From assembly GCA_002269645.1 (NCBI GenBank), contig NIVC01000572.1, positions 482,925 through 533,220 of the forward strand: 50,296 nt of DNA, given 5' to 3'. This document shows, one piece after another, positions 35,351-46,822 of the stretch. The notes under the pieces were generated by a model. That model searched no databases. It saw only the letters and a list, made by a program, of their open reading frames with translations, and was not told the DNA's origin. A program made the translations under genes and the position numbers. Source of the stretch: Macrostomum lignano. Lineage: Eukaryota. Numbering within the stretch: position 1 is the first letter of the stretch; each line of letters starts with the position of its first letter.

Positions 35351-37030
35351 CTTTCCTTTCCCTCACTTCCGGTCATTCTAGCTAGCTTCCCTTTCCCTCA
35401 CTTCCGGTCATTCTAGCTAGCTTCCCTTTCCCTCACTTCCGGTCATTCTAGCTAGCTTCCCTCTCCGTCACTTCCGGTCATTCTAGCTAGCTTCCCTTTC
35501 CCTCACTTCCGGTCATTCTAGCTAGCTTCCCTTTCCAGTTTCCCTCACTTCCGGTCATTCTAGCTAGCTTCCCTTTCCCTCACTTCCGGTCATTCTAGCT
35601 AGCTTCCCTCTCCGTCACTTCCGGTCATTCTAGCTAGCTTCCCTTTCCGTCACTTCCGGTCATTCTAGCTAGCTTCCCTTTCCCTCACTTCCGGTCATTC
35701 TAGCTAGCTTCCCTTTCCCTCACTTCCGGTCATTCTAGCTAGCTTCCCTTTCCGTCACTTCCGGTCATTCTAGCTAGCTTCCCTTTCCCTCACTTCCGGT
35801 CATTCTAGCTAGCTTCCCTTTCCCTCACTTCCGGTCATTCTAGCTAGCTTCCCTTTCCCTCCCTGTCATTCTAGCTAGCTTCCCTTTCCCTCACTTCCGG
35901 TCATTCTAGCTAGCTTCCCTTTCCCTCACTTCCGGTCATTCTAGCTAGCTTCCCTCTCCGTCACTTCTGGTCATTCTAGCTAGCTTCCCTTTCCCTCACT
36001 TCCGGTCATTCTAGCTAGCTTCCCTTTCCCTCACTTCCGGTCATTCTAGCTAGCTTCCCTTTCCCTCACTTCCGGTCATTCTAGCTAGCTTCCCTTTCCC
36101 TCACTTCCGGTCATTCTAGCTAGCTTCCCTTTCCCTCACTTCCGGTCATTCTAGCTAGCTTCCCTTTCCCTCCCTGTCATTCTAGCTAGCTTCCCTTTCC
36201 CTCACTTCCGGTCATTCTAGCTAGCTTCCCTTTCCCTCACTTCCGGTCATTCTAGCTAGCTTCCCTTTCCAGTTTCCCTCACTTCCGGTCATTCTAGCTA
36301 GCTTCCCTTTCCCTCACTTCCGGTCATTCTAGCTAGCTTCCCTCTCCGTCACTTCCGGTCATTCTAGCTAGCTTCCCTTTCCGTCACTTCCGGTCATTCT
36401 AGCTAGCTTCCCTTTCCCTCACTTCCGGTCATTCTAGCTAGCTTCCCTTTCCCTCACTTCCGGTCATTCTAGCTAGCTTCCCTTTCCGTCACTTCCGGTC
36501 ATTCTAGCTAGCTTCCCTTTCCCTCACTTCCGGTCATTCTAGCTAGCTTCCCTTTCCCTCACTTCCGGTCATTCTAGCTAGCTTCCCTTTCCCTCCCTGT
36601 CATTCTAGCTAGCTTCCCTTTCCCTCACTTCCGGTCATTCTAGCTAGCTTCCCTTTCCCTCACTTCCGGTCATTCTAGCTAGCTTCCCTCTCCGTCACTT
36701 CCAGTCATTCTAGCTAGCTTCCCTTTCCGTCACTTCCGGTCATTCTAGCTAGCTTCCCTTTCCCTCACTTCCGGTCATTCTAGCTAGCTTCCCTTTCCCT
36801 CCCTGTCATTCTAGCTAGCTTTCCTTTCCCTCACTTCCGGTCATTCTAGCTAGCTTCCCTTTCCCTCGCTTCCGGCCATTCTAACTAGCTTCCCTTTCCC
36901 CCACTTCCGGTCATTCTAGCTAGCTTCCCTTTCCCTCACTTCCGGTCATTCTAGCTAGCTTCCCTTTCCCTCACTTCTGGTCATTCTTGCTAGCTTCCCT
37001 TTCCCTCACTTCAGTCAATTTTGCTAGCCT
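35351..37030. repeat. Minisatellite, 35-bp unit (CCCTTTCCCTCACTTCCGGTCATTCTAGCTAGCTT)
   Basis: About 48 copies. Confidence 0.97.
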
Positions 37031-38098
37031 CCCTTTACCTCACTTAACTTAATTCTTGGTACACCTATTTTGCATTCTATAATGATATGGTTAATAAATT
37101 CATTTTTGCAAAAATTAATACATACATAATTAGAAATAATCAATGTATGTCATATAGCAACCCATTTTTAATGAATTTTTGTTTCTTTATTTATTCGGAT
37201 ATAATGAAATTTCTAGAAAGCCTTAATATTCAGACTAGGCCCATCTGATTTTTATATAATCTTATCTACTATACTTGTTTACTAAAGGTATGTTGCAAAA
37301 TTGACCCCTTCAGAAAGGTATAAAAGGGCAAAAAAAGTAATATTGAAAGAGGAAAGAAAAGATCATATATGCCCAAACCTTATTAATTTATGCTAGCTAT
37401 GCAACTTTGTTTCAACAAAGATGTACTTTCTTTGTTATTGAATTTTTCTCCTTCTGTTGTCCCTTTTTTCTGTTTTCTTTCCAACTCCATTATAAACCAA
37501 GTTTTTATCTAGAGGGTATGATGTCATATCTAGAATTAGGGTATAATTTTGAAGTTTTAAATAATAACTTGCACAAAAAACTTAATCATTTTTAAGAGGC
37601 AGTTTTGAAATTTTGGGTGTTTTACATGTCTGTTTGCAGAGACCTTGGCTAAAAAAACTTTGAAAGAAATTAATGTAGTTAATAAAACTTATTTATGCTG
37701 GCATTTTCATATAAAGTCAAAGTGTAAATGGGTTATGATACAAATTCTCTTATTTAGTATAATATGCCATTAGCAAAATTGAATAAGTATTATTACTTCT
37801 TTTTATACTTTTACTAGAAGTCTAGCGGGTATAGATAAAATCCACTGAACTATGTGCTGACATGACCTTTTCTGCTTGTAACTATTCTTAAGCCTTTCAT
37901 CTATATCATAGTTGATGTAGTTAGTGTACATGTATATGTATGACAGACAGTTGCTATAACCTGGCTTGGCATTAGTTTTATGATGCTGGGTACCTAAATT
38001 ATGAAAGTTTTCTAATTGCTACAGATGGCTAGAAGTTCGTCTGCGTGGTCAGTAGTTTAGCCTAGTCCAATTTCCCCCACTGCAGCCAATTTTGCATC

Positions 38099-39259
38099 AT
38101 GGGTGGCCAGTCCTCCAAGCCGCGGCAGAGGGTGCTGATTGCTGTTGACGGCTCCAGCCACAGCCAGAACGCATTCGACTGGTACCGCACCAACCTGGCC
38201 ACGCCAGGGGAAGATGTGATTCTCTTCCACACTGGCAGCCTGCCCAGCCACCTGGTGGCGCCCACCGGAATTCCGGCATCCGATAGCGACGTTCGACAAG
38301 CCGAGGAGAGCTTGAGAAAGCGGGTGGCCCGGCTGGAAGAGAGCATGATGGAGCAGTGCAAGCAACACAGCATGCAGTGCAGGTGGGCTGGCGGGCAGGC
38401 ATTGAGGCAGAGAGCCAGATAAACACTAACAAAGGCACTAAGACAAACGCTAGAACAGACTGACAGGCAGACACTAGGGCATTCTGACAGACATAGACAC
38501 AGACACTAGGGCAGGTTGACAGACAGACAGACAGGCTGGCAGACAGACACAAAGACAGGCTGGCAGGCAGACAGACACTAAGACAGGTTGACAAGCAGAC
38601 AGACACTCAGACACTAGGATAGGTTGACAAACAGACAACAGACAGACAGACAGACAGACACTCAGACACTAGGATAGGTTGACAAACAGACAGACAGACA
38701 GACACTCAGACACTAGGATAGATTGACAAACAGACAGACAGACAGACAGACACTCAGACACTAGGATAGGTTGACAAACAGACAGACAGACAGACAGACA
38801 CTCAGACACTAGGATAGGTTGACAAACAGACAGACAGACACTAGGGCAGGTTGACAAACAGACAGACAGACACTAGGGCAGGTTGACAGACAGACAGACA
38901 GGCTGGCAGACAGACACTCAGACAGGCAGGCAGACATGCAGAAATAGTTACAGTCTCCAACTCCACAATATGTGCCCCACAGCGGCGCAGAGTGGCGCAT
39001 TTATCCAGTAAGCCAATGAACTCAGTTGTGGGTGCACGCGCACTGACTCTCGGCCGCCCGCAGGTGGAAGTACGCCGACTCGCTGAGCCCCGGCCCGGCC
39101 GTGGTGGACGCCTCAGCCGAGGAGAAGGCCGACCTGGTTGTCATGGGAACGCGCGGCCTCGGCACTATTCGCCGCACAATTCTGGGCTCAGTTAGCGAGT
39201 TTGTCAGCTCGCACAGCCGCAGGCCCGTGGTTGTGGTGCCCCCGCCGCCTCAGCAGTAA
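38099..39259 (+). CDS. Universal stress protein (UspA domain), paralog 2, 159 aa
   Basis: Exons 38099-38382 and 39064-39259; same structure as paralog 1 with 11 amino acid differences. Confidence 0.93.
38420..38935. repeat. AGAC compound microsatellite in the USP paralog 2 intron
   Basis: Direct inspection. Confidence 0.9.
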
Positions 39260-39959
39260 CTGCTAAGACTGCAAATGCTATGATAACTATATGGGCCGCT
39301 CAGGTAGCATTTCCAATATATAGTCAGAAAGAATACTCAAGTTATTCTATGAAAAATATGAGTAAGAGTAGTTAGCAGACAGATGAGAACAAATTGCTAT
39401 TGCTGCAGCCGTAATGTACTTTAGCCAGCTCCAATATAGCCAAGTCGTGTCCTGAAAAACAATAAAGTGCTTAAATTTAACTTCTACTGAAAGTAGCTTA
39501 CACGCAAATGTTCCGAGTGGCCCGTGTAGTTGGCTCGTGGACTTGTCGTTCAATTTTTTTTAATAGCTAAAATCCCTTAACTAACATAATTAATCTAATT
39601 ATGCTCCAAGTAATTCTCTGTGTCAGCGAGTTTTGTTTTACTGCAAATCCGGTTTTTAACACCAGTCTACTGCTCTCTATCAGATCTACGCGTATTCTCA
39701 CTATCTTCTGCAGGCGTGCAGCACTGGGTTTGTATTGCTGAAAATTCATGCAACAAATTTCTGCTTAAGCCGTTCATACTATTTATTGATTAAATTTCCT
39801 CGCCTAAATAAATACATTTCCTATGCGCCTGGTGATTGCCTAATTTATAAATTAACTTTAGCTCCCAGTATATAAAATTTGGGTTTTTCTGAACATACCG
39901 GCTGTTTATGAGTCTTCTTTTTATTATGATTCTGATACTAATGGGAATGTTGACTTGCC

Positions 39960-40735
39960 TCCCTTCCCGCACTTCCGGTCATTTTGGCTAGCCTCCTTTT
40001 CCCTTTCCGGTAATTCTGTCTGGCCTCCCTTTCACTTCCGGTCATTGTGTATTGCCTCCATTTCACTTCCGGTAATTCTGTCTGGTCTCCCTTTCACTTC
40101 CAATCATTCTGTCTGGCCTCCCTTTCACTTCCGGTCATTCTGTCTGGCCTCCCTTTCACTTCCGGTCATTCTTTCTGGCCTCCCTTTCGCTTCTGGTCAT
40201 TCTGTCTGGCCTCCCTTTCACTTCCGGTCATTCTGTCTGGTCTCCCTTTCACTTCCAGTCATTCTGTCTGGCCTCCCTTTCACTTCCGGTCATTCTGTAT
40301 CATCTCCTTTTCACTTCCGGTCATTCTGTCTGGTCTCCCTTTCACTTCCAGTCATTCTGTATCGTCTCCTTTTCACTTCCGGTCATTCTGTATCATCTCC
40401 TTTTCACTTCCGGTCATTCTGTCTGGTCTCCCTTTCACTTCCGGTCATTCTGTATCGTCTCCTTTTCACTTCCGGTCATTCTGTCTGGTCTTTTCACTTC
40501 CAGTCATTCTGTCTGGCCTCCCTTTCACTTCCGGTCATTCTGTCTGGTCTCCCTTTCACTTCCGGTCATTCTGTCTGGTCTCCCTTTCACTTCCGGTCAT
40601 TGTGTCTGGCCTCTCTTTCACTTCCAGTCATTCTGTTTGGCCTCCCTTTCGCTTCTGGTCATAATTTCTGGTCTCCCTTTCGCGTCCGGTCATTTTGGCT
40701 GTCTTTTTACATGTGCTTCACTTCCGGTCACTATG
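39960..40735. repeat. Minisatellite, 31-bp unit (CCCTTTCACTTCCGGTCATTCTGTCTGGCCT)
   Basis: About 24 copies ending about 60 bp before the NCLX-like ATG. Confidence 0.95.
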
Positions 40736-40796
40736 CCCGCAATAGCTGCACTGTAGTGCTGAATTTTTGTGTTGCTGCCGCTGCCCCGTCAACCGC

Positions 40797-43700
40797 ATGA
40801 CGTCACTGGCCCCGCAGCCGGCCGACATTTGGCCGGCCGATTGCGCCAGCTATTGGCGGATCGCCAACGCCACAGCCAGGTGCCAGTTTGTGCGTTCAGC
40901 TGAGGCGTGCGACGCCGAGTCCGGTTTGATTGCCTACCTGTCAGCATTTGTGTGCCAGGTGCCGGACTGGGCCAAGCCGCTGTACCTGGCCGCCTGCGCA
41001 ATATGGCTGCTGCTCCTATTTGTAACTCTGGCCACTACGGCCGACAATTTCTTCTGCCCGTCGCTCACGGTGATGTCTGACAATCTCAGGCTCAGCCACA
41101 ACCTCGCCGGCGTCACCCTGCTGGCCTTCGGCAACGGCGCCCCCGACATTTTCTCGTCTCTGGCGGCCGTGCTGCAGTCCGACAGCGGCGATGCATCCTT
41201 AGCCTTTGGCGCCCTGCTTGGCGCTGGCGTCTTTGTTACCACCGTGGTTGCCGGCGTCGTGTCCGCTGTGCGGCCCTTTAAGGTGGGCGGCAGCTTAGAG
41301 CTGATTGAGAATCAATACTAGGTTGGTTGAGACCAGGTTAAGATGATAGAGACCAGGTGAGATTAGGAATGACAAAGACCAGGTGAGGTTAGGAATGACA
41401 AAGACCAGGTGAGGTTAGGAATGACAAAGACCAGGTGAGGTTAGGAATGACAAAGACCAGGTGAGGTTAGGAATGACAAGGACCAGGTGAGGTTAGGAAT
41501 GACAAAGACCAGGTGAGGTTAGGAATGACAAAGACTAGGTAAGATTAGGAATGACAAATACCAGGTGAGGTTAGGAATAACAAAGACCAGGTGAGGTTAG
41601 GAATGACAAAGACCAGGTGAGGTTAGGAATGACAAAGACCAGGTGAAATTAGGAATAACAAAGACCAGATGAGAGTAAGAATGACAAAGACTAGGTGAGG
41701 TTAGGAATGACAAGGACCAGGTGAAGCGGCCAGACAGGCATCAGGAAGCCTTTCTTCCGTCACAATTCTCGCAGGCAATGGAGCGGCCTCTTCTGAAAGA
41801 CCTAGTATTTTACCTGGCCGCTCTCTACCTCGCATTCTACGCGATCTACCGCGGCCGGATCAACCTGGCCGAGGCCGTCTGCTTTCTCGGCCTGTACCTG
41901 GCATTCGTAGTCGTCACCCTGGTTTCGCGGCTCATTCGCAGCTACGCCCGCCGGCGCCGACACGGCCACAGAAGGCCGCATCCGCACGGAGCCGCGATCG
42001 GCGTCAACTCGCCAGCCGATCAGCTGACTGCGGCGGCAGCGGGCAGTTACGGCGAGCGGGCGCCCCTGCTGCACTCCTACGTTGCCGACGAGTTGCAAAG
42101 CGGTCGGGTTGGCGTCAGCAGCAGCGGCAGCGTCGGTGCTGCCACCGTCAACGACGGCCTGCTGTACACCGTTCGCTACGCCATCCAACACCCGCCTTCT
42201 GGGAGAAGGTGCGGCTCACTGAGAATCTCCCTCAAGTCCACTGTCTATCTCACTGAGAATCTCCCTCAACTCTACTGTCTATCTCACTGAGAATCTCCCT
42301 CAACTCTACTGTCTATCTCACTGAGAATCTCCCTCAACTCTACTGTCTATCCCACTGAGAATCTCCCTCAACTCTACCGTCTATCCCACTGAGAATCTCC
42401 CTCAACTCTACTGTCTATCTCACTGGAATCTCCCTCAACTCTACTGTCTATCCACTGAGAATCTCCCTCAACTCTACCGTCTATCCCACTGAGAATCTCC
42501 CTCAACTCTACTGTCTATCCCACTGAGAATCTCCCTCAACTCTACTGTCTATCTCACTGAGAATCTCCCTCAACTCCACTGTCTATCCCACTGAGAATCT
42601 CCCTCAACTCTACTGTCTATCTCACTGAGAATCTCCCTCAACTCTACTGTCTATCTCACTGAGAATCTCCCTCAACTCCACTGTCTACCTCACTGAGAAT
42701 CTCCCTCAACTCCACTGTCTATCCCACTGAGAATCTCCCTCAACTCCACTGTCTACCTCACTGAGAATCTCCCTCAACTCCACTGTCTATCTCACTGAGA
42801 ATCTCCCTCAACTCCACTGTCTATCCCACTGAGAATCTCCCTCAACTCCACTGTCTATCTCACTGAGAATCTCCCTCAAGTCCACTGTCTATCCCACTGA
42901 GAATCTCCCTCAACTCTACTGTCTATCTCACTGAGAATCTCCCTCAACTCCACTGTCTATCCCACTGAGAATCTCCCTCAACTCCACTGTCTATCTCACT
43001 GAGAATCTCCCTCAAGTCCACTGTCTATCTCACTGAGAATCTCCCTCAAGTCCACTGTCTATCTCACTGAGAATCTCCCTCAAGTCCACTGTCTATCTCA
43101 CTGAGAATCTCCCTCAAGTCCACTGTCTATCCCACTGAGAATCTCCCTCAACTCTACTGTCTATCTCACTGACAATCTCCTCAAATCCATCTTTTCCATG
43201 TTAATCCTAAACGTTATTAACAAGAGCGAGAGCAATGACTGTAAGAAACAAACTTTTCTCCGCCAGGTACGACCTCGACGGCGCCGAGTTGGACATCGAT
43301 GAAGACGAAGACGACGTCGAGAATGTCGCTGAGTTCCGCGGCGGCCGCGCCGACGCCCTGTCGGCCGACGTCGCCGTCTCCCGTTCGCTGCAGTCGGTCG
43401 ACCTCGCCACTCCGCCGTCGGCATCGCCCTCCGCCGGCCTCCTTGGTTGCGGTGGCGGCGGCGGCGGCTTCTCCGCTGACTCCTCGCTGCTGGTTCAGCT
43501 GGCGCGCCGCCTGGCGCCAATCGATCTGGTAGCCTGGCGCGAAGGCGGCCTCGCAGCCCGCCTGCTGGAGCTGGCGAAGGCGCCCTGCCTGCTGCCGCTC
43601 AGCCTGGCCGTGCCGGTCGTCGACGACGACCAGCCGTTGCGCGGCTGGTGCCGGCCGCTGAACTGCCTTCAACTGGCCGTCGGCCCGCTGGTGTGCCTGC

Positions 43701-44860
43701 TGGCCAGCGGCCTGTACAGCGTGCCGGTGCCCACTGCCGACTCTCAAGTGCTGCTGCTGTACATCTGCGCTCCCGTGCTGGCCGTCATCGCCATTGTGGC
43801 CCTGTGCAAATCTGAGACAGACAGGCCGCCTGTGTGGCATGACTGCCTGGCTTGGCTGGGCTTCATCACCGCTGTGCTCATCATCTACCTGGTGGCTAAT
43901 GAGGTGGTGGCTCTGCTGCAGGTGCGTTTTCAGCATCCCGGATCCTCAGTTGCTGGGCCAGCCTCCGAGATCCTCAGTTGCTGGGCCAGCTTCCCAGATC
44001 CCCAGTTGCTGTGCCAGCCTCCCAGATCCTCAGTTTCTGGGCCAGCCTCCCAGATCCTAAGTTTCTGGGCCAGCCTCCCAGATCTGATCCTCAGTTGCTG
44101 GGCCACCAGCCTCCCAGATCCTCAGTTGGTGGGCCAGCCCCCAGATCCCCAGTTGCCGTGCCAGCCTCCCAGATCCCCAGTTGCTGGGTCAGCCTCCCAG
44201 ATCCCCAGTTGCTGGGCCAGCCTCCCAGATCCCCAGTTGCTGGTCAGCCTCCCAGATCCCCAGTTGCTGGGCCAGCCTCCCAGATCCCCAGTTGCTGGGC
44301 CAGCCTCCCAGATCCCCAGTTGCTGGGTCAGCCTCCCAGATCCCCAGTTGCTGGGCCAGCCTCCCAGATCCTCATTTGCTGGGCCAGCCTCCCAGATCCT
44401 CAGTTCCCCAATTTCAAGTTTCAAGTTTCCCAATCCACTTCAGGCATTCGGCGTCCTGTTGAACGTCTCGAAGGCGACCCTGGGGCTGACCCTGCTAGCC
44501 TGGGGCAACAGCGTCGGCGACCTGATCAGCAACGTGGCCCTGGCCCGCCGCGGCTACCCCAGAATGGCCATCTCCGCCTGTTTCGGCGGCCCAATGTTCA
44601 ACCTGTTGGTGGGCGTTGGCCTGTCCTTCACAGTGCTGCTGGCCAGGCATCGAGCGAGCAGCGTGCGGCTGTTAGGCGACAGGCTCGACTTTGTGCTGCT
44701 GGGCGGCCTGGCGGCCAGTCTGTGCTTCACTCTGGTGTACTCGGTGTTCGGCCGGTTTCAGCTGGGCCGCGGCTACGCCATCGTGCTCCTGCTCATGTAC
44801 GCTGCCTTTCTCACGCTGGCTCTGCTGGTTGAGTTCAGGCTGGTGCCGATCTTTGGCTGA
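40797..44860 (+). CDS. SLC8B1: Cation/Ca2+ exchanger of the CCX (NCLX) subfamily, about 663 aa
   Basis: Exons 40797-41282, 41775-42208, 43267-43921 and 44444-44860 (phases 0, 2, 0, all consistent). Alpha-1 GVTLLAFGNGAPDIFSS, alpha-2 GLTLLAWGNSVGDLISN, and GYPRMAISACFGGPMFN. Confidence 0.92.
41345..41722. repeat. Intronic minisatellite, 26-bp unit (GACCAGGTGAGGTTAGGAATGACAAA)
   Basis: About 14 copies in NCLX-like intron 1. Confidence 0.94.
42215..43170. repeat. Intronic minisatellite, 34-bp unit (CTCACTGAGAATCTCCCTCAACTCTACTGTCTAT)
   Basis: About 28 copies in NCLX-like intron 2. Confidence 0.96.
43940..44405. repeat. Intronic minisatellite, 28-bp unit (GCTGGGCCAGCCTCCCAGATCCCCAGTT)
   Basis: About 16 copies in NCLX-like intron 3. 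Confidence 0.93.
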
Positions 44861-44937
44861 TCCATCACCTGCTGCTGGCATTGGGATTGGCTAGAGAGAT
44901 GGATTTGAGATAGTTGAATGGGCTTGTGAGTGCGTTG

Positions 44938-45790
44938 GGTGGGTCAGGATTCGGTTTGGTGGGTCAGGATTCGGTTTGGTGGGTCAGGATTCGGTTTGGT
45001 GGGTCAGGATTCGGTTTGGTGGGTCAGGATTCGGTTTGGTGGGTCAGGATTCGGTTTGGTGGGTCAGGATTCGGTTTGGTGGGTCAGGATTCGGTTTGGT
45101 GGGTCAGGATTCGGTTTGGTGGGTCAGGATTCGGTTTGGTGGGTCAGGATTCGGTTTGGTGGGTCAGGATTCTGTTTGGTGGGTCAGGATTCTGTTTGGT
45201 GGGTCAGGATTCGGTTTGGTGGGTCAGGATTCGGTTTGGTGGGTTAGGCTTCGATCAGGTGTGTCAGGGTTATTTTAAATGGGTTAGGATTACTTCATAG
45301 GTCAGGACTCAGTCACATGAGTCAGGATTTAATCAGGTTCAAGATTCAGTCAGATGGGTCAGGATTCAATTAGATGGGTCAGGACTCAGTCAGATGGGTC
45401 AGGGTTTAATCACATAAGTTAGTATTAAGCCAGATGGGTCAGGATTGAATCAGGTTCAGGATTCAGTCAGATGGGTCAGGATTCAATCAGATGGGTCAGA
45501 GTTCAGTCAGATGGTCAGGATTTAATCAGGTGGGTCAGGAATTGATCAGATGGGTCAGGAATGGATCAGATGGGTCAGAAATTGATCAGATGGGTCAGGG
45601 TTCAGTCAGATGGCTCAGGAATTGATCAGATGGGTCAAGGATCAGTTAGCTGGGTCAGGATTCAATCAGGTGGGCCAAGATTCAATTCGATGGGTCAGGA
45701 TTCAGTCAGATGGGTCAGAATTCCATCAGATGGGTCATGTTCAGTAGAGGTAGATCAGGATTCAATCAGGTGGGTCCACAGACTAGCCAA
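44938..45790. repeat. Minisatellite, 20-bp unit (GGGTCAGGATTCGGTTTGGT), degenerate after 45250
   Basis: About 15 near-perfect copies followed by diverged GATGGGTCAGGATTCAGTCA copies. Confidence 0.93.
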
Positions 45791-46269
45791 TGGGCCAAAA
45801 TTGTGTCAGATAAGTTATTTGCAAATCTTGTTTGTGACTCACTTTTATAAATGGAAAATCAGAGTTGAAAATCGATAGATGTCTTGCATTACAAAAAACA
45901 GCGCAGTGTGTCATAGGCGTGCTGCACTTATCATTCGCTGCATTATGACGTTGCTGTATGATTAGATTATATATTTTCTGAACTAATTGGACCACAGATT
46001 CGATCAATATTTATTGCAATTTTCTGGATATTTCACAGAATATTTCTTTTGTTTATACCGAAAATTTATCGCGTTGAATCGAAATATTTTGTACCTCATC
46101 GGGTATTTTGCGTATTTTTTATATTTCTTGATTGCCAAATAGCTTTGAACCTATTGAGAATATGAAATTAATAAATTTTCGTACTCTGATAGCCCCTATT
46201 TCGGTTAGGTTTATCTTTCTGAAATTCTTGCCGCTTTTCTAAATTAATTTTTCTGGTAAATTTGTCCAG

Positions 46270-46797
46270 TCCAACACCCTAGAGAATCGCCCTGTAACAC
46301 CCAAGGGAATCGCTCTGTAATACCCTCGAGAATCGTCCTGTAACACCCTCGAGAATCGCCCTGTAACACCCAAGGGAATCGCCCTGTAACACCCTCGAGA
46401 ATCGCCCTGTAACACCCAAGGGAATCGCCCTGTAACACCCTCGAGAAGCGCCCTGTTACACCCCGAGAATCGCCCTGTAACACCCTCGAGAATCGGCCTG
46501 TAACACCCAAGGCAATCCGCCCTGTAACACCCTCGAGAAGCGCCCTGTAACACCCTCGAGAACCGCCCTGTAACACACGCGACAACGGCTCTGTAACACC
46601 CTCGAGAATCGCCCTGTAACGCCCAAGGGAATCGCCCTGTAACACCCCAAGGGAATCGCCCTGTAACACCCCAAGGGAATCACCCTGTAACACCCAAGGG
46701 AATCGCCCTGTAACGCCCTCGAGAAGCGCCCTGTAACACCCAAGGGAATCGCCCTGTAACACCCTCGAGAATCGCCCTGTAACACTCTTGAGAATCC
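46270..46797. repeat. Minisatellite, about 23-bp unit (CTCGAGAATCGCCCTGTAACACC / CAAGGGAATC...)
   Basis: About 22 copies ending at the acceptor upstream of ATG10. Confidence 0.94.
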
Positions 46798-46822
46798 CGT
46801 CACCTTCAGCCTGTCCGGCCCC

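Noticed and set aside
33155-39259. Recent bacterial horizontal transfer of uspA
   Set aside because: Both copies have a spliceosomal intron and host-like codon style, and USP families are established in flatworms and other invertebrates.
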